Source: Polyangiaceae bacterium
Lineage (GTDB): Bacteria > Myxococcota_A > Polyangia > Polyangiales > Polyangiaceae
Direction: 5' to 3'
Length of the DNA stretch: 44,710 nt
Assembly: GCA_044224495.1 (NCBI GenBank)
Contig: JBGAKG010000005.1
Span: forward strand, 1 to 44,710
Part shown: one piece after another, positions 37,199 through 44,710 of the stretch
How positions within the stretch are numbered: position 1 is the first letter of the stretch
Layout: every line of letters starts with the position of its first letter
Notes under the pieces: generated by a model
Told to the model about the DNA's origin: nothing
Seen by the model: the letters and a program-made list of their open reading frames with translations, nothing else
Databases searched by the model: none
Program-made: the position numbers and the translations under genes

Positions 37199-38200
37199 TC
37201 AGGGCTTCGGGTTCTGGTCGAAGAAGGTGACGACCTCGGTGCCCCAGTCGAGCCCGGTCACGCCATCGCAGCGCAGGCCGGACCAGATCCCGGGGGCCGA
37301 GGGCCCGCCGCCGGGCACGCAGTGGCCGGCGTTGCCGACGAGCGCTCCGGAGGCCGTACCATCGTGGGACACGAGGTCGAGCGTCACGCCGGTGCCGGTG
37401 TAGCGGTCACGCCGCCAGCCAGTGCCGCTCGCGACGGGCGCCTTCGCGCCGAGGCCCCACCCGGTGACGATCGCATCGCGCTCGGGGTCGGTGCACGACG
37501 CCGGGACCAACGCGTCCTTCGTGCCGACCATGTAGAGCAGCGGCCGCTTCGTGGCGGGCGAGCCGGAGGTGAACGGGCAGCTGCCGTTGAGCGTGCTCGC
37601 CGGGCAGTTGGCGGTGCCGGCGAGCGCGGGTGCGGCGGACGCGATCACGTCCGAGTGCGCGCAGAAGAGCCGGAACGTCATGAACCCGCCCTGCGACAAG
37701 CCCGTCACGTGGAGCCGGTGCGGATCGATCGGGAACGCACGCTGCACGTCTTGGACGGAGGCCCACACGGCCGCGTCGTCGGAGTCGAGCCAGGCCGGAC
37801 CCTGCGGAACCCGCCCCGACGGCGCCGTCGGCTGGACCACGACGTAGCCCTTGGGGATCGCGAGCGCGCGGAGGTGCGTCATCGCGTCTTCCACGTCCGC
37901 ATCCATCAAGAACCCGTGGACGTCGAGGACGAGCCCGCACCCCGCGGCCGGGCATGTCGCCGGAGCGGTGACGGTGACGGAGAGGCCGTTGCACGTCACG
38001 ACCTGGGTACCCCCGGTGTGCGCCACGCACGAGCCCCCGTCGGCCTTGGTGCCCGTGTCGGACCGGGCGTCTTCACCGCCGCCCGCGTCGACGGGATCGT
38101 TGCCGGCGTCGGGGCTGACGGTGCTCGCGCCGCAGCCGCCGAGGACGGTGGCGCAAGCGACGAGCGAGGCGCCGAGGAGCGCGCGGGGGAACGGGTTCAC
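37199..38200 (-). CDS. Secreted esterase lipoprotein (PHB-depolymerase / feruloyl-esterase-like alpha/beta hydrolase).
   Basis: Signal peptide plus lipobox (LVACATVLGGC). GxSxG nucleophile motif (TGLSQGG). Multiple Cys pairs. Confidence 0.7.
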   Translation of the reverse strand: MNPFPRALLGASLVACATVLGGCGASTVSPDAGNDPVDAGGGEDARSDTGTKADGGSCVAHTGGTQVVTCNGLSVTVTAPATCPAAGCGLVLDVHGFLMDADVEDAMTHLRALAIPKGYVVVQPTAPSGRVPQGPAWLDSDDAAVWASVQDVQRAFPIDPHRLHVTGLSQGGFMTFRLFCAHSDVIASAAPALAGTANCPASTLNGSCPFTSGSPATKRPLLYMVGTKDALVPASCTDPERDAIVTGWGLGAKAPVASGTGWRRDRYTGTGVTLDLVSHDGTASGALVGNAGHCVPGGGPSAPGIWSGLRCDGVTGLDWGTEVVTFFDQNPKP

Positions 38201-38264
38201 GCCCGCCGTTTAGCACGGCCTCCCGTGAATGCATGGGGAATCGGGGGCATCGGATGGGGTCGAG

Positions 38265-38750
38265 ATGCAGAGAGAACGGAAACGCGGTCACGCACCGCGC
38301 GCCGCCGTCGCCCTCGCGCTCGTGGCCTTCGCCGTCGCGCCCTCTGCGGGTGCCGACGAGAGCGGCGACGTGCGCGCGAGCGCACGGGGCGCGGTATCAG
38401 CGATGAGCGGGAACTCCACCCGCGTCCACGACATGCTGCGCCGCGCCCGCGCGGAGCAGCGAACGGCGGCGGTCAGCTGCCTCGACGCCAGGCTGTCGCG
38501 CGTCGATGCGGCGCTTCGCTCCGGCCGAGAAGAGGCGCGCTTCGTCGACGTCGCGCTCGCCAAGAACGACGTGCCGAGCGCGCGGCGGTCGCTCGCCACG
38601 CTGCTCGGCTACCGCGAGGCAACCCGCGTCGCCGCGGTCGAAGCCGACGCGTGCATCGTCACGGTGGACGTCGCCCCGAGCGATGGGACCGTGGTGCGCA
38701 TCGTCGTCGACCCGGGGTTGCCGAGCGACCGCGCCGTGTTCGGGCGCTGA
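38265..38750 (+). CDS. Hypothetical secreted protein.
   Basis: Signal peptide AAVALALVAFAVAPSAGA. No recognisable domain. The start may be 38229. Confidence 0.4.
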   Translation: MQRERKRGHAPRAAVALALVAFAVAPSAGADESGDVRASARGAVSAMSGNSTRVHDMLRRARAEQRTAAVSCLDARLSRVDAALRSGREEARFVDVALAKNDVPSARRSLATLLGYREATRVAAVEADACIVTVDVAPSDGTVVRIVVDPGLPSDRAVFGR

Positions 38751-38753
38751 GCG

Positions 38754-39515
38754 TCACCACTTCGGTGCGCGGCGCGAGAAGTAGGCCTCGACGGCCTCCT
38801 CGTGCGCCGGGCTCGACCACGTCCGGATGAACGCGTCGCGCTCGAGCGGACGGATCCGCCGGTAGTGCTCGGCCTCGGAGGCGCGGAGCAGGCGCTTCAT
38901 CTCGGCGACGGCGCTCGGCGCGGCGGCCTCGATGTCGGTGCACCACGCGATGGCCGTCGCCATCGCGGCGCCGGGATCGGCGACCAGATCGACGAGCCCC
39001 ATCGCGCGCGCCTCGACCGCGCGCAGCTCTTGCGCGGTGTAGAGCAGGCGCGCCGTGGCGGACGTCCCGACGAGGGACAAGAGGCGCGGGAGGGTTCCCC
39101 AGGCCGTCGTCACCCCCATCCGTACTTGCTTGAAGCAGAGCTTGGCGCGCTCCTCGGCGATGCGGAGATCGCACGCGACCGCCAGCTCCGCGCCGCCGCC
39201 GATCGCCGCGCCCGTCAGCACGGCGATGACGGGGAAGGGGGCCTCGCCGATCACGCGGCAGAGCTCTTCGCCCAGATCCGACAGGGCCGCCGCGTCCGTC
39301 GCGCTGTGGCGCCCGCGGAGCTCGCGCAGGTCGCCGCCCGACGCGAAGCTCCCACCCGCTCCGGTGAGGATCGCCGAGCGCACGGTCGCGTCGCGCGAGG
39401 CCTCGACGATCGCCAGGGTGAGCTTCTCGACCAGCTCGCCGGAGAGGGCGTTGCGCGCCTCGGGCCGATCGAGCGTCCAGACGACGGCCCCGCCGTCACG
39501 ACTGACGCGCAGCAT
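38754..39515 (-). CDS. Enoyl-CoA hydratase / isomerase (crotonase fold).
   Basis: MLRVSRDGGAVVWTLDRPEARNALS…, an oxyanion-hole region (GAGGSFASGGDLRE), and a GAAIGGGAELAVACDLRIA motif. Confidence 0.85.
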   Translation of the reverse strand: MLRVSRDGGAVVWTLDRPEARNALSGELVEKLTLAIVEASRDATVRSAILTGAGGSFASGGDLRELRGRHSATDAAALSDLGEELCRVIGEAPFPVIAVLTGAAIGGGAELAVACDLRIAEERAKLCFKQVRMGVTTAWGTLPRLLSLVGTSATARLLYTAQELRAVEARAMGLVDLVADPGAAMATAIAWCTDIEAAAPSAVAEMKRLLRASEAEHYRRIRPLERDAFIRTWSSPAHEEAVEAYFSRRAPKW

Positions 39516-40464
39516 CTCTTCCTCGGAGGCGGCGCCCGCGGCGTTCGTGCTCGATCACGGGGTCCTTGCGCTTGCGACGCGAGAGCTTGCGACGCACGAA
39601 GCGCTCGGCGTGGGCGACGATGGCGCCCGCGACGTCGATCCCGCTCGTGCGCTCGATGCCCTCGAGGCCAGGCGAGCTGTTGATCTCGAGGATCTTCGGG
39701 CCGGAGCGGCTCTCGAGCATGTCGACGCCCGCGACCTCGAGCCCCATGACGTGGACGGCGGCGATGGCGGCCTGCGCGTAGCGTGCGTCGAGGTTGACGC
39801 GCACGCCGTTGCCGCCGCGGTGGAGGTTCGAGCGGAACTCGCCCGCGCGCGCCTGGCGCCGCATGGCGGCGACGACCTTCTTGCCGACGACGATCGCCCG
39901 CAGATCGCGGCCGCGGGACTCGGCGATGTACTCCTGGAGGATGATGTCCTGGCCCATCGCCCAGAGCGTCTCGAGGAGCGAGGACACCGCTTGCGGCGTT
40001 TCCGCGATCATCGTGCCGATGCCCTGCGTCCCCTGCTGGAGCTTCACGATCGCCGGGGTCCCGCCGATGAGCCGGAGCGCGAGGTGCACGGCGTCGGGCG
40101 TCTTCGCGCAGACCGTGGTGGGGACGTCGATGTCCTTCTTGGTGAGGAGCTGCATCGCGCGGAGCTTGTCCCGCGAGCGCGCGATGGCCACCGCGGTGTT
40201 GAGGACGGGGACCCCCATCATGTCGAACTGGCGGACGACGGCGAGCCCGTAGTTGGTGATCGACGCGCCGATGCGCGGGAGCACGAGATCGGCGCGGGGA
40301 GCCTCGGCGTCGCCCAGGTAGAGCGAGGGACGCCCGCGCGACACGACGACGTGGAAGTCGAGCGGGTCCGCGACCGTGACGTCGTGGCCACGCGCGCGCG
40401 CGGCGAGCACGAGGCGGCTCGTCGAGTACAGCGACGCGTTGCGCGAGAGGATGAGGAAGTGCAC
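39496..40464 (-). CDS. rimK: RimK-family alpha-L-glutamate ligase (ATP-grasp).
   Basis: RimK N-domain (ILSRNASLYSTSRLV…GHDV) and ATP-grasp core (PAIVKLQQGTQGIG…ILQEYI…RAIVVG). A GTG start at 40464 is inferred because there is no in-frame ATG. The remainder of the 1090-aa ORF is an antisense artefact. Confidence 0.7.
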   Translation of the reverse strand: MHFLILSRNASLYSTSRLVLAARARGHDVTVADPLDFHVVVSRGRPSLYLGDAEAPRADLVLPRIGASITNYGLAVVRQFDMMGVPVLNTAVAIARSRDKLRAMQLLTKKDIDVPTTVCAKTPDAVHLALRLIGGTPAIVKLQQGTQGIGTMIAETPQAVSSLLETLWAMGQDIILQEYIAESRGRDLRAIVVGKKVVAAMRRQARAGEFRSNLHRGGNGVRVNLDARYAQAAIAAVHVMGLEVAGVDMLESRSGPKILEINSSPGLEGIERTSGIDVAGAIVAHAERFVRRKLSRRKRKDPVIEHERRGRRLRGRDAARQS

Positions 40465-40548
40465 GAGGAGCTGAGACGCTACGTGCGAACTCGGGACCCG
40501 CGCAAGCCACAAGACGAAAGCCCTTTGTCGCGCTAGCTTTCGAGACGC

Positions 40549-41505
40549 ATGGATCCGGTTCGTGACGAAGACGGGCTCGTTCTTCCGCCGCTCGACGGCG
40601 AGGAGACCGAGGGTGCGGGCTCCGAGTTCGAGGACCCGCTCGCCGCTCCGCGCGAAGACGGCCACGATCCCTACGACGACGCCACCGCCGAGGGCGAGCA
40701 CGACTTCGCGGCGGACGAGGCGGTCGAGGCGCTCGACGGCGCCGAGTCGGCCCTGGACGACACCCCCGCCGACGTGGAGCTGGAGGCTCCCGCCATCGTC
40801 GAGCGCCTCGCGGCGATCGCCACGGCCGACGACGACGGGACGGGCGTCGACGACACCGGCGTGATCTTCGAAGACGATCGTCAGGTGACGCTCGGCGTGG
40901 ACCGGGGCGAGGAGGGCTTCTCCGAGCCCGAGGAGCCCCTCGACGAGGGCGCGCTCCCCGCGCTCGACGCGGACGAAGAGGGCGAGGCCGAGGACGGTCT
41001 GTTCTACGAGGACGAGCGCGAGGCGCCGGGGGACGAGCTCGTCTTCAGCGAGCGCGCGTGGCCGGTGAAGGTGAAGATGCCGCTCGGCGACGTGGTCCAC
41101 GTGGCCGTCGCCGGGCTCCGCGTCGATGTGCGGCTGGCGAGCGGCGCCGCCGTTCGCTCCGTGGACGGGGGGAAGTCGTTCGCGGCGTCGGACCTTCCGC
41201 CGACGTCGCTGCCGCCGCCGCGCGGGACCACGGTCCGCCTGCCGGGAGAGCGCGTGGTGAGCATCCGGAGCGGCTTCGATCGGTGCCTCGTCGTCTGCGG
41301 TGGCACGACCGCCGCGCCGAGGCCCCCTCGGATCGTGTGCGACCTCTCGATCGAGCTCGACGCCGACGCGAGCGACGTCGGGGTCCAGGCGATGGCGTAC
41401 GACGTGGGGACCACCACGCTGTGGATCGGCTGTCGGTGGGGGATCGTCGGGATCGAGGTCCCTAGAGACGACGTCATGGATGGCGGGAAAGTCAGCGTCT
41501 CCTGA
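40549..41505 (+). CDS. Hypothetical acidic protein (Asp/Glu-rich N-terminal 180 aa, then a Cys-containing C-terminal domain).
   Basis: Composition consistent with a real protein. Transcribed divergently from rimK. No domain recognised. Confidence 0.45.
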   Translation: MDPVRDEDGLVLPPLDGEETEGAGSEFEDPLAAPREDGHDPYDDATAEGEHDFAADEAVEALDGAESALDDTPADVELEAPAIVERLAAIATADDDGTGVDDTGVIFEDDRQVTLGVDRGEEGFSEPEEPLDEGALPALDADEEGEAEDGLFYEDEREAPGDELVFSERAWPVKVKMPLGDVVHVAVAGLRVDVRLASGAAVRSVDGGKSFAASDLPPTSLPPPRGTTVRLPGERVVSIRSGFDRCLVVCGGTTAAPRPPRIVCDLSIELDADASDVGVQAMAYDVGTTTLWIGCRWGIVGIEVPRDDVMDGGKVSVS

Positions 41506-41616
41506 GGACTTTTCGGCGGTGACACGGGAATCACGCCCGGCGCCCGGCCCGCCCGTTACTTGGCCCCCGGAACGGCCGCGTGGTAGCGGAGCGTTGGGTA
41601 CAGGGAGGTCCACTCC

Positions 41617-42786
41617 GTGAGCATCATCGTCCAGAAGTACGGGGGATCGTCGGTCGCGGACGTGGAGAAGATTGGCCTCGTCGCCGACAAGGTCGTGGCG
41701 GCGAAGCGGAGCGGGCACGACGTCGTCGTCGTCGTGAGCGCGATGGGGAAGACGACCGATCAGCTCCTCGCGCTCGCCAAGGGCGTGGCGAAGGACCCTC
41801 CGCGGCGCGAGCTCGACATGCTGGTCTCGACCGGCGAGCGCGTCTCGATGGCGCTCCTGGCGATCGCGATCCAGAGCCGCGGCGAAGCGGCGATCAGCTT
41901 CACCGGGAGCCAATCCGGCATCATCACCAACGATCGCCACTTCGATGCGCGGATCATCGAGGTTCGCCCGCACCGGATCGAGGACGAGCTCCACCAGGGC
42001 CGCATCGTCATCATCGCCGGCTACCAGGGCATGAGCTACAAGCGCGAGATCACCACGCTCGGGCGAGGCGGGTCGGACACGACCGCCGTCGCGGTCGCGG
42101 CGGCGCTGGGCGCCGAGCGCTGCGAGATCTACAGCGACGTCGACGGCGTGTACTCGGCCGACCCGCGCGTGGTGGCCGACGCGAAGCACCTGCCCGAGGT
42201 CGACCTCGCGATGCTCCAGGAGCTCGCCGAGGCGGGCGCCAAGGTCCTGAACGCGCAGGCCGTCGAGTGGGCGCGCAAGGCCAAGATCACGCTCCACGCT
42301 CGCAAGACGGCCGATTTCCCGGTCGCCCCCGGCGCGGCGGCGAAGGAGACCGTCGCTCGCGAGGGCGCCCCGGTGACCGGCGCGCGCGCCGTGTCCTCCA
42401 TGAACCGCATCGCGCTCGCCGAGTGCGAAGCCGCCGCGCTCCCCGACCTGCTCGAGGCCCTCGGTGAGCTCGATCTGCCGCTCTACGACGCCACCGCGTG
42501 CGGCGCCGCCGGCTCGGTCGTGCTCCCGCTCCTGAACGTCCCAGATTGGGATAAGCGCCGTGCGTCCCTCGTGAAGCGCGTGGGAGCGGCGCTCCGCCTG
42601 AGCGACGGTCTGGCGCACGTCAGCGTCGTCGGGGACGGGCTCGGGGGTCACGCCGCGCAGGCCTACAAGGCGTTCGGGGGCACGCTCCGCGCGTTCCACG
42701 GCGGCCCGCTCCGGCTCTCGGGGGTGGTCGCGGCGGACGAAGAGACGAACGTCGTTCGCGCGCTCCACGAGCGCTTCTGCGTCTGA
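41617..42786 (+). CDS. lysC: Aspartate kinase.
   Basis: [19 protein letters not shown]…[15 protein letters not shown]…, the amino-acid kinase fold, and a C-terminal regulatory region. Confidence 0.9.
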   Translation: MSIIVQKYGGSSVADVEKIGLVADKVVAAKRSGHDVVVVVSAMGKTTDQLLALAKGVAKDPPRRELDMLVSTGERVSMALLAIAIQSRGEAAISFTGSQSGIITNDRHFDARIIEVRPHRIEDELHQGRIVIIAGYQGMSYKREITTLGRGGSDTTAVAVAAALGAERCEIYSDVDGVYSADPRVVADAKHLPEVDLAMLQELAEAGAKVLNAQAVEWARKAKITLHARKTADFPVAPGAAAKETVAREGAPVTGARAVSSMNRIALAECEAAALPDLLEALGELDLPLYDATACGAAGSVVLPLLNVPDWDKRRASLVKRVGAALRLSDGLAHVSVVGDGLGGHAAQAYKAFGGTLRAFHGGPLRLSGVVAADEETNVVRALHERFCV

Positions 42787-42801
42787 GCTGGCACGGCGAG
42801 C

Positions 42802-43482
42802 TCAGCGCCGCGCTGCGCGGGCGATGAGGGGACGGAGGCCCCGCGCACCGTCCGGGTTGGCGACCGGATCGGTCGGCCCGACCACGAGCGCGAGCGCGCG
42901 GACCATCCCGCGCGCTTCGCCGAGGCGGGGGTCCTGGCCGCGCTCGAGGAGCGACACAATCCGGCGCCAGATGCCGAGCCGCGCGGGGACCTGGTCGTGC
43001 GCGGCGAAGAAGTCGTCGAGGCGATGGAGGGCGTCCAGAGCCGCGCGCAGGCCCGCGTCGTCCGCCGGGTCCGTCTCGCCGAGCAGCCGCAGCTCGGTCA
43101 GCCCCTCGTCCTCGCGCCCGAGGAGGAGCCGCACCGAAGCCCGGCGCACGTAGACGTCGCGCGCCGAGGGCAGGTGCTCGATCGCGAGCGAGTAGACCCG
43201 CTCGGCCTCGCGGTAGTCGTGGCGCGCCTCGCGGATGGCGCCGAGACGGACCCAGGCGTCGTGGCAGGTGGGATCGAGCCCGATCGCGTCGTTGTAGGCG
43301 CGGAGCGCGCGGTCGGGGTCGCCCCCGGCCTCCATCGACCGACCCGCACGGACGAGATCCTCGCAGGTGCCGGCGCTCGCCGCGCGCGATGCGCCCACGA
43401 CCGCGAGGAAGGCGGCGAGGGCGAGCGGCACGACGGTCGGACGCACGCTTCCTACTCTTGCTGGACCGGAGGCGTCCGTCAA
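42802..43482 (-). CDS. TPR-repeat secreted protein.
   Basis: Signal peptide (VVPLALAAFLAVVGASRAASA) and TPR-like helices (ALRAYNDAIGLDP…AERVYSLAIEHLP). Confidence 0.55.
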   Translation of the reverse strand: MTDASGPARVGSVRPTVVPLALAAFLAVVGASRAASAGTCEDLVRAGRSMEAGGDPDRALRAYNDAIGLDPTCHDAWVRLGAIREARHDYREAERVYSLAIEHLPSARDVYVRRASVRLLLGREDEGLTELRLLGETDPADDAGLRAALDALHRLDDFFAAHDQVPARLGIWRRIVSLLERGQDPRLGEARGMVRALALVVGPTDPVANPDGARGLRPLIARAARR

Positions 43483-43515
43483 ACGGGCGCCTCCGCGTGC
43501 TCCCGATGGGGGAAC

Positions 43516-44710
43516 TCAGACGCTCTGGGCGTCTTCGATCGCTTCGGAGCGGCGCGGGCGCAGGTTCGTCTGGAGGATCTGCTTCCGGACGCGGATTGCG
43601 TCGGGCGTGACCTCGACCAGCTCGTCCGCGTCGATCCACTCCATGGCCGTCTCGATCGAGAGGACCTTGGGCGGCGCGAGCATGACGTTCTCGTCCTTGC
43701 CGTGGTTGCGGACGTTGGAGAGCTTCTTCTCCTTGATGACGTTCACGTCCGTGTCGTTCGGGCGGTTGTGCTCGCCGACGATCATGCCTTCGTAGACGGC
43801 GGCGCCGGGGTTCAGGAAGAAGATGCCGCGCGGCTGGAGGTGGTGGAGCGCGTACGGCGTGGCTTCGCCCGCGCGGTCCGCGACGATGGCGCCCGTGGCG
43901 CGCTTCATCATCGGGCCGCCCCAGGGGTCCCAGCCCTCGAACATCGTGTTGAGGAGGCCGGTGCCGCGGGTCGCGGTGAGGAACTCGCCCCGGAAGCCGA
44001 TGAGGCCACGGCTGGGGATGCGGTACTCGAGGCGGGCGCGGCCGTAGCCGGGGTTCGACATCTTCACCATGCGGCCGCGCCGCTCGCCCATGCGCTCGGT
44101 GACGACGCCGATGTATGCGTCGGGCACGTCCACCACGACGAGCTCGACCGGCTCGTGGGGCTGCCCGTCGATCGTCTTCGTGACGACCTCGGGGTTGCCG
44201 AGCTGCATCTCGTAGCCCTCGCGGCGCATCGTCTCGACCAGGATCGCGAGCTGGAGCTCGCCGCGGCCGAGGACGGTGAACGTGTCGGGCGAGTCCGAGT
44301 CCTCGACGCGGATCGCCAGGTTGCGGCGCGTCTCGCGCATGAGGCGCTCGCGGAGGTGGCGGCTCGTGAGGAACTTGGACTGCTTGCACTTGCCGGCGAA
44401 GGGCGACGTGTTGACGCCCAGCTTCATCTTGATCGTCGGCTGCTCGACGTGGATGCGGGGGAGCGCACGCGTCTCCCAACCCGGATCCTGATCGACGACG
44501 GTGTCGCCGACGTACACGTCTTCGATGCCGGCGATCGAGATGATCTCGCCCGCGGAGGCCTCGGCCGTGGGGACGCGCTTGAGGCCCTCGAACGTCGAGA
44601 GGACCTTGATCGCGCCCTTCACCGTCTGGCCGTCCTTGATGACGCCGACGGACTGGTTCTGCTTCACGGTGCCGGCGACGACGCGCCCGACCGCGAGGCG
44701 GCCGGTGTAG
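43516..44710 (-). CDS. typA: GTP-binding protein TypA/BipA. The N-terminus lies beyond the window end (partial).
   Basis: EF-G-like domains II-V with the BipA-specific C-terminal domain (…NVRNHGKDENVMLAPPKVLSIETAMEWIDADELVEVTP). The frame continues open to 44710. Confidence 0.85.
   Translation of the reverse strand, partial: YTGRLAVGRVVAGTVKQNQSVGVIKDGQTVKGAIKVLSTFEGLKRVPTAEASAGEIISIAGIEDVYVGDTVVDQDPGWETRALPRIHVEQPTIKMKLGVNTSPFAGKCKQSKFLTSRHLRERLMRETRRNLAIRVEDSDSPDTFTVLGRGELQLAILVETMRREGYEMQLGNPEVVTKTIDGQPHEPVELVVVDVPDAYIGVVTERMGERRGRMVKMSNPGYGRARLEYRIPSRGLIGFRGEFLTATRGTGLLNTMFEGWDPWGGPMMKRATGAIVADRAGEATPYALHHLQPRGIFFLNPGAAVYEGMIVGEHNRPNDTDVNVIKEKKLSNVRNHGKDENVMLAPPKVLSIETAMEWIDADELVEVTPDAIRVRKQILQTNLRPRRSEAIEDAQSV

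Noticed and set aside
40465-42768. Upstream 770 aa of the 1090-aa minus-strand ORF that contains rimK.
   Set aside because: Antisense to aspartokinase and to the acidic protein gene. The RimK homology starts only at the GTG at 40464.
42620-44479. 619-aa minus-strand ORF (Arg/Pro/Gly-rich).
   Set aside because: Shifted frame over typA and the TPR gene. Pure low-complexity translation.

Overview
Ordinary chromosomal window (~70% GC) with dense codon-bias-driven overlapping ORFs, typical of a Myxococcota-type genome (inference from GC content, abundance of lipoproteins, Cys-rich repeat proteins and ECF sigma factors). Most ORFs in the six-frame track are antisense or frame-shifted shadows. About 40 genes can be supported. 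Housekeeping genes: bamA, lepA, typA (truncated at the window edge), rluB, aspartokinase, rimK, biotin carboxylase, enoyl-CoA hydratase, a D-2-hydroxyacid dehydrogenase, an active/inactive M16 peptidase pair, and an S9 peptidase. Accessory-looking content, from start to end: (1) an adjacent top6B-top6A pair (archaeal-type DNA topoisomerase VI / Spo11, which is rare in Bacteria) whose B subunit carries histone-H1-like Lys/Ala/Pro tails encoded partly by a 15-bp tandem repeat; (2) two tandem paralogous lipoproteins; (3) a minus-strand cluster led by an ECF sigma / FecR-type anti-sigma pair, followed by a secreted protein and two large secreted proteins built from ~10-11 tandem ~30-aa modules with a C-C-CC-C-C (knottin-like) cysteine framework; (4) two tandem lipoproteins with DxDxDG repeats; (5) a ~45-60 nt hairpin repeat present in two copies 28 kb apart. 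No rRNA, tRNA or CRISPR array was recognised. All coordinates and functional assignments are from manual reading of the translations; no database searches were run.
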